Positions 1-21,257 of a DNA stretch of 64,000 nucleotides are shown piece by piece; within the stretch, counting starts at the first letter, position 1, and each line of letters starts with the position of its first letter. Source of the stretch: the human T2T-CHM13v2.0 reference genome, Homo sapiens. The DNA lies in the NCBI RefSeq assembly GCF_009914755.1, contig NC_060940.1. One strand, 5' to 3'. The translations under genes and the position numbers were made by a program. The notes beneath the pieces were generated by a model that was not told the origin of the DNA, searched no databases, and saw only the letters and a list, made by a program, of their open reading frames with translations.

Positions 1-60
1 TGGATTCAGTTAGTCTGAGGCAGGGGCCCTGGCTGAGTATTTTTAAAAAGTGCCCCAGGA

Positions 61-363
<303 letters not shown>

Positions 364-1699
364 CCCAGGAAAGTCTCTGTGCAGCACATTAGACCCTGAA
401 TGGAAATGATGTTAGGAGGCATTTTGGTGCATGCTTTATTTCACCAGTCGGAATGTAAGCCTTACCAATGTCTGTGAGGGCCCAGGACTTGTTCTCCCAC
501 ATCTCAGGCCTGTCAGCTGCCCTTTCCTGCACGGGGCATCAGGGAGAGAGAGGAGGAGGGATTTAGTAGCTTTGGAATTCAGTACATGGGGTCTCCCTAA
601 CCTCGGGGAATCCAACAGAAAGAAAAAGGAGGAAGAAAATGTGATGATTTTCTTTTTAATCAGTAAGCAAACAGTTCCTAGAGTTGCCCAACCTGACCAC
701 AGGAATGTTTCCTGGGTTGCAGTCCATGAAAATGATCAGTTACGGCCTCTGTTTCGGCAGACAGGCTGTGTTGTTACGCATGCAGCCACAGCTGGGACAA
801 GAAAGCCCCTCCAATTTGCTGTGAACCCAGAGGGCCTCCCCATTCTCCTTATTCTTTTTGAGAAAATCAAACGCATTTCCCTCCCTAAGACAGGTGGGGA
901 AGCAGTCCCCCTCCAGCCTCCGCCTCTGCAGGAGGCCTAATGTCGCTGCCAACTCCTTGCTAGAATGGAGATGAGTTGTTTTTCTCCCCTCTTCTTGAAA
1001 ACAAATTGAGATGAGATTCCTTGCCAGTTGGTGTTGACTCTGGAAAATTGAAACCAAGCAGTTGGTTTTGACTTGAGCAGAGAAGCAACCCCAGCTTCTC
1101 CAGTCAAGGCAGCAGATACCAATCCAGGCAGGAATATTGAGATGAAACTGAGTGAGGCTGTTAATCAATGGGCACACTGGCTGTTGCTGTCCTCTCTGGG
1201 AGAGGCCTGGAAAGAAAAATGATTTAAAACTAAGTTCCCTTCTGGCCTTGTTGTCAAGAAGGGTATGGGGTATGGGGAGGCAATGAGGCAATCTGGCCCG
1301 CAGGAGCAAGAGCTAACCTTTCTCATAGGCCTGTGCTAAAATCATGTTAATTCCACTTGAATGTTGGCCCCCGGGTGGGCAGGAGTGGTTATCTGTTGTG
1401 ATTGTGGCTGGATCTTCAGTACTAGAACAGGCTGCCCCCATGCAGGAGGTATGCACACAGTAGGTGTGCAGGCTTTGAGTAGACCTTGGAACTGTTCCCC
1501 CGCACTGCCGCCTGCTCTCTCCCTTACTTCAGCACACAGCTCCAAGCTGGGGCAGTCTCTTTCACTTCCCTTTATTCCCTAATATGCCCTAATATTCCCT
1601 AATGTCCTTTATTTAGTGAGTTGTCCTGCCTGTCACATAAAGCCCTTGGAAATTCCTTACCTGCTTATATTTCTCTATTACACTTTTCATTCCTGATAC

Positions 1700-2810
<1,111 letters not shown>

Positions 2811-3892
2811 TGACTTTTAATCAATTCCAGAAGCGCCATTCATGACCCTTCCCCCCGGGCTGGTTCTGATCAACACCCATGGCGTTTGCCGTCAGAGAAG
2901 GAAACAGCATTTGTCCAAGCAGAACCATGGTTGGGAAAGCAAAAAGACACCCTTTGCCAGTGTGACCAAGTCGCTTGAGTAATCTTAAACAAAGGGAAAA
3001 AGTCAAGGGCGATGGCTTACACCTTTAGCCTTGTTTCTCCCACTTCAGAAAGTAAAGGGTAAAGGGTCCTGGGCTAATTTTTCCTTAATCTTCAATGTCA
3101 CTGTTTTCTCTCTCCACCCCCGTCTGCTTTGATGGGGACAGAAGCCAAGGGGACTTTGCTCCCTGCTTCCCATCCAGGCAGCGTTCGTTGTTGACATCTG
3201 TTTTCAGGGTGTAGCTCAGTGAAGACAGAGACGATACATAATTTGTTCTGGGCACATATGTTTGGGGGACGTTAGAAGGAACTTGATAAGCTTCATGCAA
3301 ATAAACTTCCAGTCCCTGGGAACCCATGGGGGTCGCCTGTCAACAGGGGTGCAGGAGCCGCAGCTGCCACCCTGAGAGCACATTGCATGGATGTTGTGGG
3401 CACGTTAAGAGTCATGCTTGTGCAACGTGATACTCCAACCTGCTTATCTTCCCTGGAAAAATGTTGTGGTTGACGTTGGCAGTTTAGAGGAACTTTGACT
3501 TATTTCAGCTTATGCAAAGTGGTAACATACAGCGAGACCTTTTTGAAACTGGAGTATAGTGTGGCTGTTGGAATATCCTTAGGTTTCTCTGAGGCCTGGA
3601 ACTGGATTTCCAAGGCTCAATTTTCATCCAAGAAGAGAGGGAGTGTGTATAATGATGCTTTTGCCGTTATTCTCATTCAAGTTACTCTCCAACTGTCCTA
3701 TTCTTTTGTGAGAACTAACTTCTCAGATCCATTCAGCTAGCAGGCTTGTGAATGGCTCATCAGTACTAACAGACAGGCTGCCTGGTGAGTCCTGGCGGCT
3801 AAGTAGCATCAGACTACAGCTTCCGTCACTTCATAGCTATGGAACTTGGTTAAGTTCCTTCTCTGTTTCCCCATTTATAGGAAAGGGATGCT

Positions 3893-4276
<384 letters not shown>

Positions 4277-4366
4277 CTAATAAGGACATAGACTGTTGTT
4301 GTTGTCCATAGTTTTGTTTTTGTTTTTGTTTTTTGATACAAGGTCTCACTCTGTTGCCCAGGCTGA

Positions 4367-4486
<120 letters not shown>

Positions 4487-4772
4487 TGACTTTTTGAGTT
4501 TTTTATAGAGACACGGTCTTGCTATATTGCCTAGGGTGGTCTCAAACTCCTGGACACAAGCAGTCCTCTTGCCTCTGCCTCCCGAAGTGTTGGGTTACAG
4601 GCATGAGCCACCATACCTGGCCGTGTCCATTAGCTCTTAGTAGCAAATGGACACACAACATTAGAGACTTATCATCAAGTGAGAGTCAGTGTTCCTGGTG
4701 GAACTTGAATGTCCTTTTCAACATGCCCTAAGTGTGGACAAACTGGAGGCCTAATTGTTCTTTCCTTTGCAT

Positions 4773-5350
<578 letters not shown>

Positions 5351-5640
5351 TTTGTAAACATAAAATTAACATTTTCTGCTGAGTATGAATGCTCAATAAA
5401 CCTGTAATGTTACTGATTTCATGAATACTCATTAAAAGAACACATGCCAGAATCCCCAGTGTCATCTAAGAAAATAGCCTGGAAGGAGATCTTATAGGCA
5501 GCAGTATCTGTGGAGATGGAGTTAGAAACACTGTCCCTAACCAGCAAAAAGAAAAATGCCTAACTAGCTGAATGAGGCTGTCTCCCCAGGATTCCTTTCA
5601 TCCATCAAGTTAGATTTCTTTTTTTTTATTTTTATTTTAA

Positions 5641-5763
<123 letters not shown>

Positions 5764-5944
5764 TGATTTTTTTGTTTGTTTGTTTGTTTTTGAGATGGAG
5801 TCTTTTTTGCTCTGTCACCTACACTGGAGCGCAATGGTGCAATCTCTGCTCACTGCAACCTCTGCCTCCTGTGTTCGAGCAATTCTCCTGTCCTGGCCTT
5901 CTGAGTAGCTGGGATTACAGGTGCCCGCCACCATGCCTGGCTAA

Positions 5945-6085
<141 letters not shown>

Positions 6086-6249
6086 TGATCTTGTCCTCCA
6101 GTTTTTATGTGTAACTGAGGCTGAGCTCTCAAGTTCAAATGGTCTTTGAATAAAGCTAAATGCAGGCCGGGTGCGGTGGCTTATGCCTGTAATCCCAGCA
6201 CTTTGGGCGGCCAAGGCAGGCGGATCACAAGGTCAGGAGTTCGAGGTTA

Positions 6250-6581
<332 letters not shown>

Positions 6582-7138
6582 TTACGTCTAAGATACTAGG
6601 TTATCCCACTGGTTACCAAACAACTCAACTATGGTTTGCTGCCTTCCATAGCTGGCCCTGTCCTTAAATCCCAACATCGTCTGAAAATAATATAGAAGCT
6701 TTTGAGACTGTCTTGTTTCTACCCACTCACATTCCAGTTATGGGACCAGGCGGGCGTGGGAGAAGAAACGGGATCGTCAAAGTGGGACTGTTCCGTGTGG
6801 CATGATGGCAATTTCAAGCAAGGAATGTTGCTGAATGCTCAGAGCCTGCCCCAGGACCAAAAGCTTTTCATGAACTTGGGTTTCATTTGTATTTGAACAT
6901 CAGTCATCTCTCTTGGGGTCCTCTCTTGAAAGCTACTTTTGCCCAGTAGGCTAGAAAGTGGGGCACCGTAGGTTTAATAGCAGCATGCAGGGATGACAGA
7001 GTATTAAAAACACTTTTTAAAAGTCATTCTTACTAGTTTTTGTCATGAAAAAAAAAAGAATTCATTCTAATTGTAACAGGCCAAGTAATACAAGGATATA
7101 TAAGGAAAATATGTTGTTGTTGTTTTCAAACTGCCTCC

Positions 7139-8465
<1,327 letters not shown>

Positions 8466-8677
8466 TTATGAAAGGTGGGCATACTGGGTTAAAGAACACT
8501 TAGACCCTTGTTAGCTTTATTTTTGTTAGCTTTTTTTATGGGCATGTTGAAATATACCCAGTCCCCGTATTCTGATCCTCCAGTTTCAACATTTTGCCAT
8601 TCTTCTTTCCTCCCACTTGCTGGGCTCAGAGACAACCCAGCCCTTGCCAGCGTGACAGTGAGCTTCCCAGAGCCTTT

Positions 8678-8827
8678 CTGGAGCTGAAGAACCTTTCAAT
8701 CTTTCCTACAATTTCCTATAATCAGCCCAGGGGATCAGGTTGCATGGGGAGATAATGAGTCTTATGAGCACCTGGAATTCAGGTTGGGGCTCCTCGTCAT
8801 ACTGTCACTTCTCAAAGGGTAGGGCTT
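8678..8827 (+). repeat. 150-bp dispersed direct duplication, copy 1
   Basis: 144/150 identical to 9792-9941 by manual ungapped alignment. Confidence 0.95.
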
Positions 8828-9791
8828 AACCACCATTAAGATGAGGTGCCCCAAAGCAGGTTAAGTGCCTTGGATCAAGTTATTTGCAAAACCATTTTCA
8901 TTTTTTCAGGCCGCCACCCTTGGCAAGTCCAATCATGCTTGTCTCAACTTTCACTGTCTAAATTTGGGAAGGCTGGAGAAAGGAATTCAGTGCAGCCTTC
9001 ATTCCCTGTTTACATGACAAGCCCCTAAAGATGACCTAGTTGCCCCATTACTTCTGCTGGGGGTGGGGGAGGACTCTTTGAAGAGCATCTGGTTTTGCTA
9101 GTTTGAAAAGAAATTCCTATTTTAGACTTAAAAGGATGGTATCTGCCCATCCTTTAAGGACTTGGCATTTCTTCTTGATTCTTTCATCATCTTATGGCTC
9201 AGCTGTTCAGTTAACAAACACTTGTCTACCCAAATACACAGGAATAATAGTCATCTCTTCTACTTTCATTGCTTTTTAACTTAGAAAATGTCATCCCATT
9301 CACTGTCTTGGTCTTCACAAAACCCTAAAGAGGTAGACTCAAACAGTGGTGATAACCTTTATGTTATAGTAGAGAAGGCCAAGGCCCATAGAGGTTTAGC
9401 AATTTGCTAAGGCCACCCAGCAAGAACATGGCAGAATCTGGTTTTATAATCCAGTCGCAGACCCTGGGTCCAGCCCTTTTTCCTTGTCTCTGTCTTCCCA
9501 TCATTTATTACGGCTCCCCCTGCTCACCCCATCCTTTCCTTCAAGTTGCGGAAGTGAGTTGTAGACCCAGTCTAAGGGCTGAGAAGGTAGGGGTTGGGGC
9601 ATGGTGGTGATTTTTTATTTTTATTTTTTAAACAAACTGGGAGGGAGGGTCAGGTGGGCGACTCTTTGAATGACACAGCTCCCTTCGTATGAACGAGCTC
9701 TTCCTGGTTTCGTTGCTCAGTTTATTTGCCAGGTAGCAGACTCCTAGCTATTGCATGGGGTAGCCTCTGATCTCAGTCTTAGAGATCAAGA

Positions 9792-9941
9792 CTGGAGCTG
9801 GAGAACCTTTCAATCTTTCCTATAATTTCCTATAATCAGCCCAGGGGATCAGGTTGCATGAGGAGATAATGAGTCTTATGAGCACCTGGAATTCAGGTTG
9901 GGGCTCCCTCTCATACTGTCACTTCTCAAAGGGTAGGGCTT
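9792..9941 (+). repeat. 150-bp dispersed direct duplication, copy 2
   Basis: 144/150 identical to 8678-8827. Confidence 0.95.
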
Positions 9942-9944
9942 TGA

Positions 9945-9974
9945 ATAGATAGATTATAGGTATAATCTATCTAT
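9945..9974. repeat. Perfect 14-bp inverted repeat with 2-nt spacer
   Basis: ATAGATAGATTATA-GG-TATAATCTATCTAT. Confidence 0.97.
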
Positions 9975-10076
9975 AAACTAATATAATCTTCCTTTTAAAA
10001 ATAACCAAGGTTGGGGCCGGGTGTGGTGGCTCATTCATGTAATCCCAGCACTTTGGGAGGCGAGGTGGATGGATCA

Positions 10077-10298
<222 letters not shown>

Positions 10299-11389
10299 TT
10301 AATAGTAATAATAATTAAAAAAAAAAAAAAAACCAAGGTTGGCTGGGCACACTGGCTTATGCCTGTCATCCTAGCACTTTGGAAGGCCGAGGCAGGAAGA
10401 CTGGTTGAGTCCAGGAGTTCAAGACCAGCCTGGGCAACATAACAAGATCCCATCTCTATGAAAATATTATTTAAAAAAAAAAAAACCAAGGCCTTAATAG
10501 GGTCTCTCCAGAGAGAGGAAGAGCCAACCATGAGACTAACCCATGTTAAAGGGCTGTCTCAGCTCTGCCATTTAATAGTTACAGGATGTCAGGTAAATTT
10601 CTTAACCTCTGTGAGCCTCAGTTTCATCTTCAAAATGGAGAAAATCTGTTACTTCCCCTCTCACCCCCAAACGTGGTCTTATTTTTCTCTGGCAAGGGCA
10701 GGGCTATTGGCTTCAGAAATGTTTGCAAGGGTGGCCCCTGATGGAAGAAATGAAAACTGCTGCCTAGGCGTCAGGGATGGCTTCAAGGGCTTTCTGGCAG
10801 AAACCTGATCCTCCTGTCTAGCCTTGTAAGATAGGACGGCAGGAATTTTTATAAAAGAGAACTTGGATGAAATAGAAATTCCATCGGACAATTATTTGAA
10901 AGGGAGGAAAACAGGCCAAGCTGAGAGTTTCCTAGAATGAATGGTCTTATCGACTGCTCCCCTCTGCCTGGAAGCTTCTTTGAGCCAGGCTTCTGCAAGG
11001 CTGGCTCCTTCAGGTCCCAGCTCAGATGGGCCTACCTCAGAAAGGCCTGCCCTCACCATGCAATAGATGTTACATCTTCAGCAAACTCCCTTCTCCTCTG
11101 CCACTCTTATATCACCCTCTTTTATTTTAATTTCTTTTTACCTATTACCACTGCCTGAAATTTTAAGTTTCTGTCTTTGTCCATCTCTTCCTCAGTAGTG
11201 TAAACTCAATGAGAGCAGAAACCTTAAGTATCTTCGTCACGATTTTGTCCTCACAGTCCAACACAGTGTCTGGCATATAGCTTGATGGTTACCTATTTGA
11301 ATGAGTCCTTTGAGATTCTAATGTATAGTGTAGATGCTTCAACCACAGCTTCTCCAGTTTTAGAGTATTAATACTTTTTAAAGTTTTAG

Positions 11390-11548
<159 letters not shown>

Positions 11549-11912
11549 TAAACCTGGCTAATTTTTTTTTGTATTTTTAGTAGAGACAGGGTTTCATCAT
11601 GTTGGCCAGGCTGGTCTCAAGCTCCTGACCTCAAGTGATCTGCCCACCTTGGCCTCCCAAAATGCTGGGGTTACAGGCATGAGACACTGTGCCCAGTCGA
11701 GAAGTTACTTTCTAGACAAGATAATATTTTCAATTGACAAGAAGATGAGAAAGAAATCAGAGCACAAGGAAGTCATCCTGTAGTTGTGAAGAACATTATG
11801 GTGATAGCTTTGTTGTTCTGTCACCAGATTATGGTTTGTTTTGGTTGTGTTTGGTTTTGTGGGAGTCTTCCCACAAGTTCGCTCTTTGGAGAAGGAATGC
11901 TCTTGTCTTTAA

Positions 11913-12445
<533 letters not shown>

Positions 12446-12499
12446 GCCTAACTGAATAATTCTTGCTGGAGTTTTTGGGGTGTGGGGATCGGGTAGTGT

Positions 12500-12700
12500 A
12501 GAAGAGTGGTAAAGGCCTGAACACCGTCTGGGACTGAATCTCAGCCGTGCTATTTACTACTTGGGTAATGTTGGAGGAATTACGTCACCTGTCTATGCTT
12601 GAGCTTCCTTATCTGTAAAATGGAGATAACAGTGAGGATGGAATTAATTAATACATGTGAAATGCTAAAAATACGCAAGGCATACTTAGTCATTGTTAGC
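12500..12700 (+). mobile_element. MIR
   Basis: Core agcttccttatctgtaaaatggagataa. Confidence 0.75.
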
Positions 12701-13847
12701 TGTCTTTACCACTCCCCTCTTGGGGGAAGAAGAATGAATGAGAGCTGGATTCTTCTCTCTCTCTCTCTTTTTTTTTTAAGACGTAGTCTCACTCTGTGGC
12801 TCAGGCTGGAGTGCAGTGGCGTGACTCACAGCAACCTCCACCTCCCCAGTTCAAGTGATCCTCCTGCCTCCACCTCCTGAGTAGCTGGGATTACAGGCGC
12901 CCGCCACCATACCCGGCTAATTTTTGTATTTTTAGTAGAGGCAGGGTTTCACCATGTTGGCCAGGCTGGTCTCGAATTCCTGACCTCAAATGATCTGCCT
13001 GCCTCAGCCTCCCAAAGTGCTGGAATTACAGGAGTGAGCCACTGTGCCTGGCCAAGAGCTGGATTCTCTGATCATTTTGCTTTTTGTGCTTCCAGTAAGA
13101 AGAGCCTTGGTGAAGAAGGAGAAGAACCAGTGGGCAGCTCTTACCCCATTAGACTATAACCTCCACAAGACCCTTCCCCATTGTATTTGCAGTGCCTGGC
13201 CTTAGGTCTGGCCCATACCAGGAACAGACAAACAGATGAATTGGCCATGAATGGAAGGATGGATGGATGTCTGCCTGGGTTCTTGGCAGGAATGTTTCTA
13301 GGGGTTGTTATTCGAAGCCAGTTTCTCAAGTGCTCCCGTGGTGCTTCCTACCGAAATGTCTCTCTGGGGGATATTCTGGTTGTGTCCTGCTTACTGCTTT
13401 GGACGTGTGGAATATGTTGTAAGTGCCAGGGCCAGTAAGATTGGCATCTTCTTTTCTCGCTGAAGACTCTTGATATTCTTGGAACTTAATGGTCCTCCCG
13501 ATCTGATTTTTCTCCCTGGTGTAATTAGACCAGAAAAATGAGGAATCTAATACTATAGGACCATATTAACTTAGCTCCTTGACTCAAAGTCTCCAAGGGT
13601 CCCCATCATTCATGTGAAAAAAACTCAGCACAGTGAGTCCTTGCCAGGCAGCTGTGTGTGGAAGCCTCTTATGATCCAGAGACAGTTTTATTTTTTTAGA
13701 GACAGATTCTTGCTCTGTCTCCCAGGCTGGAGGGCAGTGGTGCAATTTCGGCTCACGGCAACGTCTGCCTCCTGGGTTCAAACAATTCTTCTGCCTCAGC
13801 CTCTCAAGTAGCTGGGAATACAGGAGCCCATCACCATGCCTGGCTGA

Positions 13848-13967
<120 letters not shown>

Positions 13968-14119
13968 TGAGCCCGGCTGCAGGGACAGTTTTGAGCTTGG
14001 GTCTTCAACTTTTCTTCCACATCTCTTGAACTTTGTTTCTGCCTCCATGTCTGCTGTATCATGATTGGGTTCAAGTGCATGTTATATAAATCTCCAATTG
14101 TCGTGGTTTATGTCGTGGT

Positions 14120-14820
<701 letters not shown>

Positions 14821-15079
14821 GAATACATTTCTGGAATGTATATTCCAGAATTACAAAATTGAGATATATATTGGAGAGATAGGTTTTTATTTTGTTTTTA
14901 ATCAGAAACAAAGAGTGGATATTGGGTGGTAGGTAGCAGATTATGCCTCAGCTGGTTTGAGATTCACCTTGGTTTGTCTCTATAGTTCAAAGGATCCTTC
15001 TGGAACCAGGTGGTACTGTAATTAGATGGCAGTCTTACCTCGCTTTCATTATATATTGATTAATTTTTAACTTTTTTAA

Positions 15080-16716
<1,637 letters not shown>

Positions 16717-16819
16717 CAGGATACAGTGATGATGGTCAGTTTTTTATTTTGTTCATGTGCTGGGGTCAAATCTCAATAAAACCATAACTCAGTGTTTTCC
16801 AACCAGTCCAACCATCATC

Positions 16820-17050
16820 TCCATCATTACCTTTATTGAGCACTTACTATGTTTCAGGCAGTATTCACAGTGCTTTAAATGTGCAATACCAGCATCTCAT
16901 TTAATCCTTCCAAGAATTATATGAGATAGGTTCTAATATTATCCCCATTTCAGACATTAGGAAGCTGTAATACAGAGAAATTAAGTAATATCTGCCTGGG
17001 GCAAGGAGGTACTGTCATGAGGATTCAAAGCCAGGCAGTCTAGCTCCAGA
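16820..17050 (-). mobile_element. MIR
   Basis: tttattgagcacttactatg...attatccccatttcaga...ggattcaaagccaggcagtct. Confidence 0.8.
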
Positions 17051-18690
17051 GCCTGCCCTTGGCGCAGGCTGGGCTGCCTCTCTAGGAGACAAACACAGGA
17101 TGTAGAGGGCAGAGAGCATAGGTGTGTGCGCATGTGTGCACATGTGGCCAGTGTGCAGCATTGGGGAAGGGCTCTGTGATGATACCTGGTCATATCTCAC
17201 ATGTATCTGGTGCATCTTCAATCTTAAAGCCAGAAAATAGAGCTGAACTCAAACTTGGCAAGCAGTGATCAGTGACTGTGAGTTTTTATGTGGAGGGTGA
17301 GAGATGGAATTTTCCCCTGGAAACTTTACTGTGTTACCAGTAATCACCTTAAAACACTTAAACAATTTGGCAAATATTTTCCTTCCATTTTCAACTCTCT
17401 TATTTCCCTGCATGTGCATAAAGTTATCTTTATTGCATATGAAAACTGTTCAATACAAGTCTCAAAGGGTGTTTTTGGCTTCCATCCCAACAGCTTCTGT
17501 TAGAACAAATGGAAACCATATAGACATAATGATACAGTGAGATGAAGAGATTTATATTGATCACAAAGTAGTTCTTAGTACAAGTTCTCAAAATCTACTT
17601 GTTTTGGGATAACTCCACGTTGAGGACCTGTGTCCCCAAGAAAAATATAAAAGAGGCTGGGTGCGGTGACTCACACCTGTAATCCCAGCAAATTGGGAAG
17701 CCAAAGCAGGAGAATCGCTTGAGCCCAGGAGTTCGAGACCAGTCTGGGCAAGATGGCAAGACCCTGCCTCTAAAAAAATTTAAAAAATTTAAAAAATTAG
17801 GTGCACATGGTGGTGCATGGTGGTGGATGCCTGTAGTTCCAGCTACTTGGTAGGCTGAGGTCAGAGGCTTGCCTGAGCTCAGGAGTTCAAGGCTGCAGTG
17901 AGCTTTGATCACTTCACTGCACTCCAGCCTGGGTGACAGAGCAAGACCCTGTCTCTATTTAAAAAAAGAAAAGAAAAGAAATCGAAAACCCAAATATTCA
18001 GTTGTTGAGTAAGCTCTGATATTAAATCATCAGAGTATAATGTTGCTGTTAAAAATTATATTATGGGCTGGGTGTGGTGGCTCATGCCTGTAATCCCAGC
18101 ATTTTGGGAGGCCACATTGCTTAAGCTTACAAGTTCGAGACCAGCCTGGGTAACATGGCAAAGCCCTACGTCTACTAAAAATACAAAAATTAGTCAGCCA
18201 TGGTGGTGCACACCTGTAGTCCCAGCTACTCAGGAGGCTGAGATGGGAGGGATGGCTTGAGCCTGGGAGGCAGAGGTTCCAGTGAGACAAGATCTTGCCG
18301 CTGTACCCCAGCCTCAGTGATAGAGCCAGATCTTGTCTCAAAAAAATAAAAATGAGATTATGTAGGCTTGAAACAGCTTGTAAATTATAATATCAAACCC
18401 TGAAACCAATACTTGTGTATGCATGATGATTATTTGAGCTCTGGACACTAAGAAGGATAAAAAGAGAATGCAGTCTTTACGATATAGCAAAGGGTCTCAT
18501 TGGTTTTTGTTTTGATTGGTCATTTTGGTGGATATATATAATTTGTCATTGATAAGAGAATGTGTCATTAAATTCAAACTGTACACTGCCCACAGAAGGC
18601 TGGGGACGCTGTCTGGCTAGGTTGGACTGTTAGACCTGAAGTATCCGTCTTGAATTGTCTTATCTTGTTCCTCATCTTCTTTCCTTTTAG

Positions 18691-19127
<437 letters not shown>

Positions 19128-20463
19128 TAGAAGCTTGTTGACACCGGGGTAACATCCACCCAGGATTTTTTGGTCAACCCATGCTGGATCCGCAGATCAG
19201 AGGCTCTGAACACATGAGGAGCTTAACTTGACACCTCTTGACCTGTTGCTAAGGAGAAGTGATGGGAGAACGTGGGACAGTTTGGGGTTGTTAATTTTTC
19301 TCCTTGTCAGGAAGAAAGGAAGGAGAATCCGCATGCATCCTCATACAACCAGGACAAATTTAGACCCAAGATGTCAACCTGTTCTTGGGGCTGGAAGTCC
19401 CTGACCTAAAGGAACAGGACAGTGATGATATAAGGGAGCAAAACCCATTTCTTGGGCTTGGCAGCAGCAAGAGCTTAGGAAAACCAAGAGGTCTTTTTTT
19501 TTTTTTTTTGAGATAGGGTTTCACTCTGTCACCCAGGCTGGAACCACAACCTCCACTTCCCGGGTTCAAGTGATTCTCCTGCTTCAACCTCCCGAGTAGC
19601 TGGATTATAGGCAGCTGCCATCATGCCCAGCTAATTTTTTGCGTTTTTATTAGAGATGAGGTTTTACCATGTTGGCCAGAGTGGTCTCAAACTCCTGACC
19701 TCAGGCGATTCACCCTACTTGGCCTCCCAAAGTGCTGGGATTACAGGAGGGAGCCACTGCACCCGGCCTACAAGAGGTCATTTGTTTTTGTTTTGGATTT
19801 TTGTTTTTTTGAGACCGAGTCTACCTGTGTCACTCAAGCTGGAATGCAGTGGTACAATCTTAGCTCACTGCAGCCTGGACCTTCTGGGCCCAAGCGACAC
19901 TCCCACCCCATCTTCCTGAGTAGCTGAGACTAAAGGCGCAGGCCACCACACCCAGTTAATTTTTGTATTTTTTGTAGAAACAAGATCTTGCTATGTTGCC
20001 CAGGCTGGTCTTGAAATCTTGAGCTCAAGCAATCTGCCCACCTCGGCCTCCCAAAGTGCTGAGATTACATGAACCACTATGCCTGGCCAGGAAGTCATAT
20101 ATTGATGCCAAATTCAGAAATATCTGGGGGAAATGCTAGACTAAAAGGACCAGAGCAAGTTTCACCCGGCATGGAATAAGAGTTTTTCAGGCCCGCATCT
20201 TCATCTCTAGGCCTGATGCCCTGGTCCTCGTGTGGGAAATGGGAGGTCTGAGCCGTGGGGGGTGTTCTCCAGCCCATGGCTCTTACCTTGTTATAATCTC
20301 ACTGAAGCAGCAGCAGCACATGTGTGAGAAAAGTCACCCACTGGGGGTCTCAGAGCCTAGGAAGGTGTGGCAGCCAGGGGGGCGCACTCTGCTCTGGCTG
20401 GGCCCCTTCTCCCATGTTTTCTTCCTCATCAGAGCTCAAGTCACCCTCACTTGGTTCTTTCAG

Positions 20464-20608
20464 CTCTTCTCTCACGCTGTGTCATCCAACGGGAATGCAG
20501 TTGAGGATCCAATGGAGATTTTGATCACGGTAACCGATCAGAATGACAACAAGCCCGAATTCACCCAGGAGGTCTTTAAGGGGTCTGTCATGGAAGGTGC
20601 TCTTCCAG
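20464..20608 (+). CDS. CDH1: E-cadherin exon 6 (HAV motif, DQNDN Ca-binding linker)
   Basis: tttcAG|CTCTTC ... CCAG|GTatat; 145 nt; [10 protein letters not shown]...[10 protein letters not shown]. Confidence 0.99.
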
Positions 20609-20832
20609 GTATATCCACTAATGAGAATCTGAATACTCAGAAAGACTCTTAGGTTCTTTGGACCCCAAAGTGTTGTCCAAGCCCAAAGGTTGTGTAACTA
20701 AAGCTGATCCTTCCTACGGACAGAACTTCTTGGCAAGCCATTGTTGTGTTATATGCATGTGTGTAACAGTCTACCTGTGGAAACATATAAAATAGGGAGA
20801 GTTTAAGAACAATCTTCCCTTTTTTATTATTA

Positions 20833-21257
<425 letters not shown>

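Noticed and set aside
431-1309. Overlapping 169-aa (+) and 189-aa (-) ORFs in unique intron 2 sequence
   Set aside because: No recognisable homology, domain or splice structure, and the minus ORF lacks an ATG start; lengths are compatible with chance. Ribo-seq or PhyloCSF support would be needed
1575-1605. CCCTAATAT x3 and other micro-tandems (TGTCGTGGTTTA x2 at 14099-14122)
   Set aside because: Short slippage repeats; not telomeric arrays, CRISPR arrays or otherwise informative
8678-9941. Possibility that the 150-bp direct repeats are LTRs of a small element
   Set aside because: No TG...CA termini, no TSD, no primer-binding site or polypurine tract, and the spacer contains a MIR relic and unique sequence
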